This document shows positions 1 to 7,530 of a stretch of 11,293 bases of DNA, piece after piece. This DNA is from a virus (taxonomy: Duplodnaviria; Heunggongvirae; Uroviricota; Caudoviricetes): positions 1-11,293 of IMG/VR virus record IMGVR_UViG_2778261064_000009. The stretch is one strand, 5' to 3'. The notes below the pieces were generated by a model. That model saw nothing but the letters and a program-made list of their open reading frames with translations, had not been told where the DNA came from and did no database searches. A program made the position numbers and the translations under genes. Each line of letters begins with the position of its first letter. The first letter of the stretch is position 1.

Positions 1-290
1 TCGCCTTTATCACCTTTCGGACCCTGCGCACCTGCCGGGCCTGCGGCTCCCGTATCCCCTTTAGGTCCCTGTGGCCCTGCCGGGCCTGCGGCTCCCGTAT
101 CCCCTTTTGGTCCCGGTGGCCCCGCCGGGCCTGCAGCTCCCGTATCCCCTTTCGGTCCCTGCGGTCCTGCCGGACCTGTGGCTCCTGTATCCCCTTTTGG
201 TCCCTGCGGCCCCGCCGGGCCTGCAGCTCCTGTATCCCCCTTGTCGCCCTTCGGTCCCTGTGGACCTCCCGGGTCGCCCTGCTCACCTTT
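1..290. repeat. Tandem 45-bp repeats (15-aa collagen-like units) inside stf
   Basis: Near-identical 45-bp units start at 40, 85, 130 and 175 (cctgc[g/a]gctcc[c/t]gtatcccc...gccggg), with degenerate copies on either side. On the coding (minus) strand each unit encodes five Gly-X-Y triplets. The array may continue beyond the window start. Confidence 0.75.
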
Positions 291-806
291 CGGGCCGGTA
301 TCCCCCTTATCGCCCTTGTCTCCTTTATCCCCCTTTGGCCCCTGTGGGCCTGTATCACCCTTGTCTCCCTTCTGTCCCTGCGGACCCGTTGCTCCGGTGT
401 CGCCTTTCGGTCCCTGTGGTCCCACCGCCGTTTCCGCTTTCCTCGCCGCTTCCTCTGCCCTGCTGACAGCCGCATCCGCCGCGTCTTCCAGTTTTTTCAG
501 CGACTCAGGGTAATAAGTGCTGTCCTGCTCACGCAGCAAAAACGCATTCAGTGTGCCCGGCTCGTCGTCTGCCATGACGTCAATCTCGCCAGCGCATGCC
601 GGCTGACGGCCTTCCACGCACAGGGTCACACGATAACGCCCCGGCTCAACCTGCATGGTGTAACTGCCTGTTTCCCCTGGCTGACACTCCGCCACCGTGG
701 TGACTATCACCGTCTCACTCGTTCGCGTGGCTTTCAGCTCTATGGTGCAGTCCGGTACCGGTTTTCCTGTACCATCCTTCAGCACACCTGAAATCTGTAC
801 TGACAT
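1..806 (-). CDS. stf: Side tail fibre protein, N-terminal portion with collagen-like Gly-X-Y repeat region; 3' end lies beyond window start
   Basis: ATG at 804-806 on the minus strand, preceded by a G-rich stretch. Translation begins [37 protein letters not shown]..., which matches my recollection of the lambdoid Stf N-terminus ([17 protein letters not shown]...). From about residue 130 it becomes uninterrupted Gly-X-Y triplets ([32 protein letters not shown]...). The frame stays open to position 1. It is absent from the ORF track because there is no stop in the window. Confidence 0.8.
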   Translation of the reverse strand, partial: MSVQISGVLKDGTGKPVPDCTIELKATRTSETVIVTTVAECQPGETGSYTMQVEPGRYRVTLCVEGRQPACAGEIDVMADDEPGTLNAFLLREQDSTYYPESLKKLEDAADAAVSRAEEAARKAETAVGPQGPKGDTGATGPQGQKGDKGDTGPQGPKGDKGDKGDKGDTGPKGEQGDPGGPQGPKGDKGDTGAAGPAGPQGPKGDTGATGPAGPQGPKGDTGAAGPAGPPGPKGDTGAAGPAGPQGPKGDTGAAGPAGAQGPKGDKG

Positions 807-817
807 ATTCCCCCCAC

Positions 818-843
818 AAAAAAGCCCACCAGAACCGGCGGGC
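818..843 (-). terminator. Putative intrinsic terminator between lom and stf
   Basis: On the minus strand, a GC-rich hairpin (gcccgcc...ggtgggc, one G-U pair) is followed by a TTTTTT run, directly downstream of the lom stop and upstream of the stf RBS. Coordinates are approximate to within 2 bp. Confidence 0.4.
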
Positions 844-870
844 TGTCATAACTCTGTGTTACCTGGCTAA

Positions 871-1470
871 TCAGAATTTATAACCGACACCCACAATGAA
901 ACCGTCAGTGCGCCAGTCGCCACTGCCGGAGCCTTCATAAGCAATATCAATGGCCACGGATTCGGTCGGGTTAAACTGCACGCCAGCCCCCCACGCCAGT
1001 GACGTGTTGCTGTGGCGACCGTCATCACTTCCGGTCAGCACATCGTGCGTTTTCCCCTTGTTGTCAGGTACACGGAGATAATCCCCGGAAAAAGTCGACA
1101 CTCGACTGTAAGCCACACCCACCATCGCATACGCGCTGAACCCTTCATTCACGCGCACAGACGGCCCCGCCATCACGCTGAACCAGCGGTTACGAATGGA
1201 ATCTTCATGCCAGCGGGTATCACTGTAACGGGTAAGCTGGCGATTCATGTCTCCTGCATAGCTGAATGACGTCACCAGCCCCAGCGTGTCCGTAAATTCA
1301 TAGCGGTATTTCACGTTGAATCCGGTTAAATCATCACTGCCGGACATATCAGAATGGGTATGAAGATACCCGGCACTCAGAGTGGAGTGATTCTCTGCTG
1401 CACCCGCTGGCGCACCCGCAGCGGCCAGCCAGACGACTGCAGACATAATAACAGCACATAATTTACGCAT
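871..1470 (-). CDS. lom: Lom outer-membrane protein (Ail/Lom/PagC family beta-barrel); lysogenic-conversion moron
   Basis: 199-aa ORF with an N-terminal signal peptide (MRKLCAVIMSAVVWLAAAGAPAGAAE) and the C-terminal motif SGSGDWRTDGFIVGVGYKF, which is characteristic of lambda Lom as I recall it. RBS GAGAGG lies 5 nt upstream of the ATG. It sits between J and stf as in lambda. Confidence 0.9.
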   Translation of the reverse strand: MRKLCAVIMSAVVWLAAAGAPAGAAENHSTLSAGYLHTHSDMSGSDDLTGFNVKYRYEFTDTLGLVTSFSYAGDMNRQLTRYSDTRWHEDSIRNRWFSVMAGPSVRVNEGFSAYAMVGVAYSRVSTFSGDYLRVPDNKGKTHDVLTGSDDGRHSNTSLAWGAGVQFNPTESVAIDIAYEGSGSGDWRTDGFIVGVGYKF

Positions 1471-1493
1471 AATTACCTCTCGCTTTTCTGCAA

Positions 1494-1519
1494 TAAAAAA
1501 GGCACCATTTCTGGTGCCC
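1494..1519 (-). terminator. Putative intrinsic terminator downstream of J
   Basis: On the minus strand, the hairpin GGGCACCAgaaaTGGTGCC is followed by TTTTTTATT. It lies between the J stop (1538) and the lom RBS. Confidence 0.5.
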
Positions 1520-1537
1520 TTATATGGGTTATAAAAT

Positions 1538-4500
1538 TCAGCTGATACTGATGCCTGCGGTGGCTTTCTTCATCACCACAACCAGCAAATCGCTGATACT
1601 TGCTGTGGGATACCAGTTATTCACCAGCCATGCTGACACCGAAAACTCCAGTGTCATGTGACCGTGACCGGCAGGCATATCAATAACGCCACTGTAAATC
1701 AGCGTATTATCCAGCGCGGTACGGTTATAAATTTCAGCACCGTTTTTCCGCACTATCAGACGGCATGAGGAGTAAATATCAGTATGCTCTCTCTCATGCT
1801 TAGCGCCACTGAATGCCACCGCCGGAATAACAATCTGCCGGTCAAACGGCTGATCGTCATAAACCCTGACGGTAATGGTCCCTGATGGCCACCGCTCCGG
1901 TGCCCGGGAGTCCCGCGGGAAAGCCTTACCCACTGTTTTGACAATATCGCCTTCAATCTGGTTGGCTGACAGTTTCCCCTTAATCTGACAGTTCTCATTA
2001 ATCGTGACGTTGTTGAGCGTCCCTGAGTTCGCATTCACACTGCCACTGATATCCGCATTTTTAGCGGTCAGCTTTCCGTCCGGTGTCAGGGAAAATGCCG
2101 GTGGATTTCCACCACTGGTAATGGTGGGGGCCGTCAGGCGTTTCAGGAACACGTCGTTCATGAATATCTGGTTGCCCTGCGCCACAAACATCGGCGTTTC
2201 ATTCCCGTTTGCCGGGTCAATAAACGCGATACGGTTAGCGGCAACCAGAAACTGGCTCAGTTTACCGTCCTCCGTGTCCTCCATGCTGAGGCCAAGCCCG
2301 GCAACATAATGCTTACCGTCTTCGGTCTGCTCAATTCTGACGCCCCACATGGCATTCCATTTATCGTTAGCGTCTTTCCACTCTTTCGAAAACTCATCCA
2401 GTCTGCTGGCGTTATCTTCCGTCAGTTCAGCGTTTTCCAGCAGCTCTTTACCGAGATGTGTTTTATTAATCAGCCCTTTGTAAAAATTCAGGTAGCCTTC
2501 GGCATCATCGCTGGCCCGGCCGACGGCCTCCACAAATGCCGATTTGCCCACCAGGTTGACGCTGCGGATATAAAAATAATAATCATGGCCCGGCCTGATA
2601 TTACTGGCGGCTGTCCAGTACAGCGCCGTGCCAAGATAGCGGGCGGAGGTTTCAACCTGCCTGATATCCGCAATCTGCTGTTCCGAAAACCAGAATTCAA
2701 ACTGCACCGTCGGGTCATATACAGCCAGTTTCGGGACCGCCGTTATCTGAAAATACCCCGGTATCAGTTCAATGGTGGCAGGCGCTGCCGGGGCGTCAAT
2801 CCGGAACGTGGTGGTGGCAGGTTCGCCCTGCTGGCCATAGCTGTTAATCGCCCTGACCGTCAGGGTGTATTCCCCGGGCGGCAGACCACTGAAACGGTGC
2901 GCCGTGTCTGCGGTGATGGCGGTGGTCACCAGGCGGCTGTTTTCACCGCTTCCGCTGGTCAGACGCAGACTGAAGCTCACACCTTTCACCACCCGCGGCG
3001 TGTCCCATTTCGCCTGCGCCAGATACTGGCCGTCTGAGGCACTCACCTCCACCGTGAGGTGCTGCACTGCCGGAGGGATAACGCTGTTCAGGGTGCCTGA
3101 CTGCGGCTCAAAGCTGGCCCCGTTATCCACGATGGCTTCTTTTTCCGGTACGTGCTGCACCGCCGTGATGGCAAAGGTGCCATCCGTGTTTTCCCGGATG
3201 GCGACACAACGGAACAGGCGACGACGCAGTGACGGCAGGGAGAGTCCCCACACACCGTATGTCGCCACGCCATCAGGCAGGGTACTGACCTGTATCCGGT
3301 CCGGCGCGGGGTGTGCGGTGATGTCCACACTCATCGGCTTACCGCTGCCGTTAATCAGGTTCACCGTGGCGGTACCGGTCTCCGGCAGTGTCACCTCACG
3401 GTCCAGCGTCAGTGTGCGGCTGGCAGCGTCGATGGACAGGATACGTCCGCCGGTCAGGGTCCCGGCGTAGTCGTTATCACAGATTTCAATGATGTCTCCG
3501 GGCGTGTGCCGCAGCCCCTGTGACCCGAGCGTGAAATCCACCGTCTGCGTTTCCAGCAGTCCGGTCTTTATCACCCACAGTCCGGCACGGTGGGCCTGAC
3601 CACGACTGGTGCAGCCGAACGCATCCATCTTCAGCAGGTTGCGTCCGTAGCGCAGTATGGCTTCCGGGTCTTCCACCAGTTCCGTGGAGGTCTGCCAGCC
3701 GTTCTGCGGGTCGGTGTAATTCACCTCCACTGCCGTGTGACGGTCCTTCAGGGCGCTGAAGCTGTAGCGGAACCCCACGCCGTTATCATCCACCACCACA
3801 TCGCTGTTGGTGTACGGCCACACCACATCCGACGGGCGGTCCTGAACGAACGTCAGCGTCTGGCCGTTCCATACCGGCATACAGCGCATCGCCGAGCAGA
3901 AATCGCAGAGCACATCCCATGCCTTACGCTGCTGTGACAGGTACGCATTAAACGTCATCCGCGGCTCTGTCCCTCCGAAGCCATCCGGGACACGCTGGTC
4001 ACAGTACTGCCCGATGGCATACAGCGCCCACTTGTCCACATCCGCCGCCCCCAGACGTTTTCCCATGCCGTAGCGCGGGTGAGTCAGCATGTCCCACAGG
4101 CACCAGGCCGGATTGTTGCTGTATGCCGGTTTCAGACTGCCGTCCCAGATACCGCTGTAAGTGCGTTTTTCCGGGTCATAGTTTGACGGCACCTGGATGA
4201 TGCGACCGCGGATATGGTAGTTCACCGTCATCTGCTGGCCACCGAACTGCTCCGCATCCACCTGCAGCCCCACAATGGCCGTGTTCGGGTAGCACTGTTT
4301 CACATCGATGATTTCGGTGTATGACGACCACAGCGTTCTGTTCTGCAGCTGGTCCGTGGTGCTGTCCGCCGTCTCCCTGACCATCCGGATGTTAAAGGGG
4401 CGGGGAGGCAGATTATCCAGAATCACCGACGCCAGAAACTGCGAGGTGGTCTTGCCGTTAATGGTGACATCCTTTTCCGTCACCCAGTTACCGTTACGCT

Positions 4501-4924
4501 GTAACTGAATCAGCAGCCGGACAGAAGCCGGATTACGGTCACCCTGTGAGGTTGTCTGCACCAGTGACTGTACGCCGAAGGTGACCCGCAGGCGGTCAAT
4601 GTTCGCGGACGTAATGGTGCGCGTCACCGGCTTTGCCTTCGTCACTTCCACGCCCAGTGCGGTTTCAGCTCCGGAGGACTCAAAGCCTTCCGGCGGGGTC
4701 TGCTCCTGCTCCCCGGCGCGCCAGACCGCGGTCACACCGTGTATCACGGGATTACCGTCCGTGTCCGTCAGCGGGGTTTTGTTCACCAGGATACTCTGCA
4801 GTCCCTTCACCGGGCCTTCCACCGGTCCCTCTCCAATCGCATCAATCACGCTCATCATCTGCGTGGATTTGAGATTATCCTTTGCCTCAACCGGCGTGTG
4901 CCCCTTGCCGCCACCTTTGCCCAT
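1538..4924 (-). CDS. J: Central tail fibre / host specificity protein J (tail tip attachment protein)
   Basis: The ORF track gives 1538..4966; the true start is the ATG at 4922-4924, where the protein begins [30 protein letters not shown]. This is nearly identical to the lambda gpJ N-terminus as I remember it, and similarity extends through most of the roughly 1128 aa. RBS AAAGGGTGAG is upstream. The 14-aa extension in the ORF track is read-through of the upstream spacer. Confidence 0.95.
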   Translation of the reverse strand: MGKGGGKGHTPVEAKDNLKSTQMMSVIDAIGEGPVEGPVKGLQSILVNKTPLTDTDGNPVIHGVTAVWRAGEQEQTPPEGFESSGAETALGVEVTKAKPVTRTITSANIDRLRVTFGVQSLVQTTSQGDRNPASVRLLIQLQRNGNWVTEKDVTINGKTTSQFLASVILDNLPPRPFNIRMVRETADSTTDQLQNRTLWSSYTEIIDVKQCYPNTAIVGLQVDAEQFGGQQMTVNYHIRGRIIQVPSNYDPEKRTYSGIWDGSLKPAYSNNPAWCLWDMLTHPRYGMGKRLGAADVDKWALYAIGQYCDQRVPDGFGGTEPRMTFNAYLSQQRKAWDVLCDFCSAMRCMPVWNGQTLTFVQDRPSDVVWPYTNSDVVVDDNGVGFRYSFSALKDRHTAVEVNYTDPQNGWQTSTELVEDPEAILRYGRNLLKMDAFGCTSRGQAHRAGLWVIKTGLLETQTVDFTLGSQGLRHTPGDIIEICDNDYAGTLTGGRILSIDAASRTLTLDREVTLPETGTATVNLINGSGKPMSVDITAHPAPDRIQVSTLPDGVATYGVWGLSLPSLRRRLFRCVAIRENTDGTFAITAVQHVPEKEAIVDNGASFEPQSGTLNSVIPPAVQHLTVEVSASDGQYLAQAKWDTPRVVKGVSFSLRLTSGSGENSRLVTTAITADTAHRFSGLPPGEYTLTVRAINSYGQQGEPATTTFRIDAPAAPATIELIPGYFQITAVPKLAVYDPTVQFEFWFSEQQIADIRQVETSARYLGTALYWTAASNIRPGHDYYFYIRSVNLVGKSAFVEAVGRASDDAEGYLNFYKGLINKTHLGKELLENAELTEDNASRLDEFSKEWKDANDKWNAMWGVRIEQTEDGKHYVAGLGLSMEDTEDGKLSQFLVAANRIAFIDPANGNETPMFVAQGNQIFMNDVFLKRLTAPTITSGGNPPAFSLTPDGKLTAKNADISGSVNANSGTLNNVTINENCQIKGKLSANQIEGDIVKTVGKAFPRDSRAPERWPSGTITVRVYDDQPFDRQIVIPAVAFSGAKHEREHTDIYSSCRLIVRKNGAEIYNRTALDNTLIYSGVIDMPAGHGHMTLEFSVSAWLVNNWYPTASISDLLVVVMKKATAGISIS

Positions 4925-4955
4925 TGTCTCACCCTTTACTGTGATAACTGTTACG

Positions 4956-4988
4956 CACAAAAACAACAGGCATCCCGGAGGATGCCTG
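4956..4988 (-). terminator. Terminator-like hairpin with U-tract in the I-J spacer (minus-strand orientation)
   Basis: A 9-bp perfect stem, caggcatcc / ggatgcctg (4967-4988), with a 4-nt loop. On the minus strand it is followed by TTGTTTTTGTG. It sits about 30 nt upstream of the J start. Confidence 0.4.
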
Positions 4989-5116
4989 TATCATGACTGA
5001 ATAAAAATTCTGAATTTCTTCACATTCTGAAAAAAAAGACTGTTGCGCTGATAAATACGCTGCGTTACTTTTTAGTGCCTGAAAAATAACTCCATAACGT
5101 TAATCTTCATCGTTCT

Positions 5117-5151
5117 CTCCCGCAGCTCCGCGATCACTGCGGGATTTTTTT
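5117..5151 (+). terminator. Terminator-like hairpin with T-tract in the I-J spacer (plus-strand orientation, antisense to the tail operon)
   Basis: An 8-bp stem, tcccgcag (5118-5125) / ctgcggga (5137-5144), followed by TTTTTTT (5145-5151) on the plus strand. On the minus strand the same hairpin has no U-tract, so it reads as a one-directional plus-strand terminator. Confidence 0.4.
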
Positions 5152-5158
5152 ATTCTTT

Positions 5159-5839
5159 TTACCCCTGCCGCCCGATAACCACGACCTTTCCGCCCCCGCC
5201 TTCATCACGGGTGCTGATGTCCTGGGATATACGGCGGGAGCCAACCAGCATTTCCCCGTAAGGCACCGGCATCGGGTTCCCCTGGGCAATCATGTTATCC
5301 AGCGAGGAAAAGTACGTGTTCTGTCTGCCGTTATCCGTTGCGCGGTAATCCGGTGTTTTTGCCTTCGGGGCCAGCATCTGGGCCACACCGCCCAGAATCA
5401 TGCTGGCTCCCAGTGAAAACAGCATCGTGGTGGCAGAAAAACCGCCGGCACTCAGGGCTGTACCCCATAACGCCATCGAGGCACCGGCAGTGAAGAAAGA
5501 GCCCACGATGGCTGCCGCCCCCAGCACAATCTGCAGTCCACCCTTTCCGGCCCCGGCCAGTCGCGGCACAATGTGGATGACCGTTCCCTCACCCAGCTGT
5601 TCGTGAAGACGGGCGTACACCGCCTCCGGTGCCGTGTCCTCACCGCGAATACGTATCTGGTACCAGCCTTCGTTCATCTGACGGCGGAATCCCGGCATCT
5701 GCATCGACAGGGCACGGATGGCTTCCGCTGCCGTGTTCACATACAGGCTGAGGCGGCGGCCAAATCGTTGCAAATCCCCGTGAAGGCAGATGCGTGCCAG
5801 TGGCGGTGACGCCAGACAGAATGCGTTCGTCGTTGCCAT
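5159..5839 (-). CDS. I: Tail tip assembly protein I
   Basis: 226-aa ORF starting MATTNAFCLASPPLARICLHGDLQRFGRR and containing the Gly/Ala-rich hydrophobic segment QIVLGAAAIVGSFFTAGAS and the C-terminal motif TYFSSLDNMIAQGN. Both are co-linear with lambda gpI as I recall it. Its 5' end overlaps the 3' end of K by about 100 nt in another frame. Confidence 0.9.
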   Translation of the reverse strand: MATTNAFCLASPPLARICLHGDLQRFGRRLSLYVNTAAEAIRALSMQMPGFRRQMNEGWYQIRIRGEDTAPEAVYARLHEQLGEGTVIHIVPRLAGAGKGGLQIVLGAAAIVGSFFTAGASMALWGTALSAGGFSATTMLFSLGASMILGGVAQMLAPKAKTPDYRATDNGRQNTYFSSLDNMIAQGNPMPVPYGEMLVGSRRISQDISTRDEGGGGKVVVIGRQG

Positions 5840-6480
5840 TTTTCGGAATACCTCTCCCGTTTACTCAGTTGTTCAGGCAGATGGTGAAGCAGTTCACCGT
5901 TGCCGCAGTAAATGGCGGCATGATTGGCCACCGATGCGCCAAAGCAGCACAGCAGGATATCGCCCGCCTGTGCAGAGGACAGGGGCACCCGGTAAAAGCC
6001 TGTGACCGCCATATTGTCCAGGTAAAGGTTCTGACCGTTGCGCCACCAGTCATCCTCACGCACAAAATCCGGCAGCGTTATCCCCGCCAGATGGTATGCA
6101 TCCCGGAACAGGGTGTAACAGTCCGTCACCCCGTGCTCAAAACGACGCCCAGTCAGGTGCGGCACACAGCGGAATTTGTGAATTTCCCCCCGGCAGACCA
6201 GCCACCAGGGCAGGGCACTCTTTATCTGCAGCCGCCGGTCCGCCTCGCTCAGCCAGGGCAGACCACCGGGGTGGCTGTGAACCAGCGCCACAATCTCCCC
6301 CTGCATCTCTGCCTGCAGCCAGTCTTCCGGCGCAATACGAAAATACGCCTCCGGCTCTGCGGAGATATTCACGCAGGGCTGGTACCGTTCGCCCTCCGGG
6401 GTGCCTATCACGAAGCCGCACAACTCCGCAGGCGCACACCGCCGGGCATGCACCAGAATCGCTGATTCAGTCTGTGTCAT
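5737..6480 (-). CDS. K: Tail tip assembly protein K (JAMM/MPN metalloprotease-like domain plus NlpC/P60 cysteine peptidase-like domain)
   Basis: The ORF track gives 5737..6741, but the first 87 codons overlap L and look non-coding. The real start is the ATG at 6478-6480 (MTQTESAILVHARRCAPAELCGF...), giving 247 aa. A JAMM motif (HSHPGGLPWLSEAD) and an NlpC/P60-like Cys/His pair (GVTDCYTLF ... NHAAIY) are visible. Confidence 0.9.
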   Translation of the reverse strand: MTQTESAILVHARRCAPAELCGFVIGTPEGERYQPCVNISAEPEAYFRIAPEDWLQAEMQGEIVALVHSHPGGLPWLSEADRRLQIKSALPWWLVCRGEIHKFRCVPHLTGRRFEHGVTDCYTLFRDAYHLAGITLPDFVREDDWWRNGQNLYLDNMAVTGFYRVPLSSAQAGDILLCCFGASVANHAAIYCGNGELLHHLPEQLSKRERYSEKWQRRTHSVWRHRHWHASAFTGICNDLAAASACM

Positions 6481-6490
6481 AAAACAGGAT

Positions 6491-7189
6491 TTACTGCGAA
6501 AGTTTATTGATGGAAAGGAAACCGCCAAAATTAGCCACCATGCCGCGCATCTCACACCCGCGCATGCACTTGCTGCATCTGTCCTTACGGATATCGGTGG
6601 TGGGTTTATCGAACTCATCCGCCACAGCCCCGCCCGTGTAACCACACTCATCAGAGCGGTAGGTCCACATACAGGTATTCGCCAGCATAATGCGACCGGG
6701 AAACAGCGCCCCGTCCGTCTCCGTCGGTGTCGCCAGCACAAACGAGGCTGTCATGGCCGTCAGCTCTGACATCTGCTCCACCACCCAGCGGTCGCTCAGC
6801 TCCTGCTCCGGGTCCGCTTCCGGATTGCCCGCCACAAAATTCACCGCATCCAGAAAACGGGCATACACCCGGCGGCGGACCACCGTTGCCCCCACCAGGC
6901 TCTGCAGGTCCTCCGCCATCCCGGTGACCAGACCAAACAGATTGGACACCGTCAGCGACGGGCGGGCACTGCTGCCCTTCCCGTTCATCTCAAAACCGCT
7001 GCCGTCAATCGGGTATACCTGATATTGCCGCCCCTGCCAGGTGACCGCCTCCCCTTTTTCATTCAGCTCATTGCAGAAAAAATAGCGCTCACCGCCCTGC
7101 ACCGTCAGGTCAATTTCCCAGAGCACCACCCGCGGTGACTGCTCTGATTTAACCGACTCGTTCAGGCTTTCTTCATGAATATTCTGCAT
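6491..7189 (-). CDS. L: Tail tip protein L
   Basis: 232 aa, starting MQNIHEESLNESVKSEQSPRVVLWEIDLTVQGGERYFF, the same length as and co-linear with lambda gpL as I recall it. There is a C-terminal cysteine cluster (CMWTYRSDECGYTGG...CSKCMRGCEM). The start codon overlaps the M stop (TGATG). Confidence 0.9.
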   Translation of the reverse strand: MQNIHEESLNESVKSEQSPRVVLWEIDLTVQGGERYFFCNELNEKGEAVTWQGRQYQVYPIDGSGFEMNGKGSSARPSLTVSNLFGLVTGMAEDLQSLVGATVVRRRVYARFLDAVNFVAGNPEADPEQELSDRWVVEQMSELTAMTASFVLATPTETDGALFPGRIMLANTCMWTYRSDECGYTGGAVADEFDKPTTDIRKDRCSKCMRGCEMRGMVANFGGFLSINKLSQ

Positions 7190-7530
7190 CAGTTCACCAC
7201 CTGCTCAATCGTACAGCTGAAATCACTGTACCGGGCGTTATCCGTGACGCTCCACTCCCGGCACACCACCCTCACCGTCCGGTTATGTTTCGGCGGTCGC
7301 CACAAAAAGGCACGGTAACCACCATGCCAGGATAAAAATTCATCCAGCCAGCGCCGGGTTGACTCATCCGTCACCCGGAACACCGCCTGAAACGTCTTCA
7401 GTTGAGGATTCAGCCCTGTGGGGCGACGCTGTTCATAACCGTCACCAAACCGTACCCTCGCCACCGACGGTTTCTCACTCACCTGCATCCCTTCACGCGG
7501 GACCAGATGCAGCGTTTTTATCTCAGCCAC
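7189..7530 (-). CDS. M: Minor tail protein M
   Basis: 113-aa ORF containing the motif VARVRFGDGYEQRRPTGLN and ending EQVVN, like lambda gpM as I recall it. The ORF as drawn starts at a GTG (7528-7530) with GGAGGA about 10 nt upstream, overlapping the end of H. The exact start codon is uncertain. Confidence 0.85.
   Translation of the reverse strand: MAEIKTLHLVPREGMQVSEKPSVARVRFGDGYEQRRPTGLNPQLKTFQAVFRVTDESTRRWLDEFLSWHGGYRAFLWRPPKHNRTVRVVCREWSVTDNARYSDFSCTIEQVVN

Noticed and set aside
1-290. Possible CRISPR array, suggested by regularly spaced repeats
   Set aside because: The 45-bp units are directly contiguous with no unique spacers between them and are in-frame coding sequence for collagen-like triplets.
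71-513. Plus-strand ORFs 71..466 and 178..513 encoding Pro/Leu-rich repetitive peptides
   Set aside because: They are the antisense reading of the stf collagen-like Gly-X-Y repeats. The minus-strand frame starting at ATG 806 gives a coherent tail-fibre protein, so these are mirror artefacts.
1012-1269. Plus-strand 85-aa ORF antisense to lom
   Set aside because: It lies wholly inside the well-supported lom gene on the opposite strand and has His/Arg-rich, low-complexity composition.
4925-4966. N-terminal extension of J in the ORF track ([14 protein letters not shown], 1538..4966)
   Set aside because: The conserved gpJ N-terminus starts at the internal ATG at 4924, which has a good RBS. The extension runs through the spacer hairpin.
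1756-4996. Numerous ORFs of 60-240 aa on both strands inside J (for example 2309..3037 +, 2865..3470 +, 3590..3937 +, 1756..2034 -, 2488..2718 -, 3088..3330 -, 4581..5000 +)
   Set aside because: All are nested in alternative or antisense frames of the roughly 3.4-kb J gene, which has strong similarity to lambda gpJ. Their translations are Arg/Pro/Ala-rich, as expected from GC-rich non-coding frames.
5400-6482. Plus- and minus-strand ORFs overlapping I and K (5400..5606 +, 5452..5643 -, 5573..5809 +, 5790..6005 +, 5794..6465 +, 5865..6065 -, 6096..6482 +, 6137..6439 -)
   Set aside because: They are alternative-frame or antisense ORFs within the I and K coding regions, with no start-site support and low-complexity translations.
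6481-6741. The 87-codon 5' extension of K in the ORF track, overlapping L
   Set aside because: The conserved K sequence begins at MTQTES (ATG 6480). The extension would overlap the 3' end of L and has an Arg/Cys/Trp-rich composition typical of a non-coding frame.
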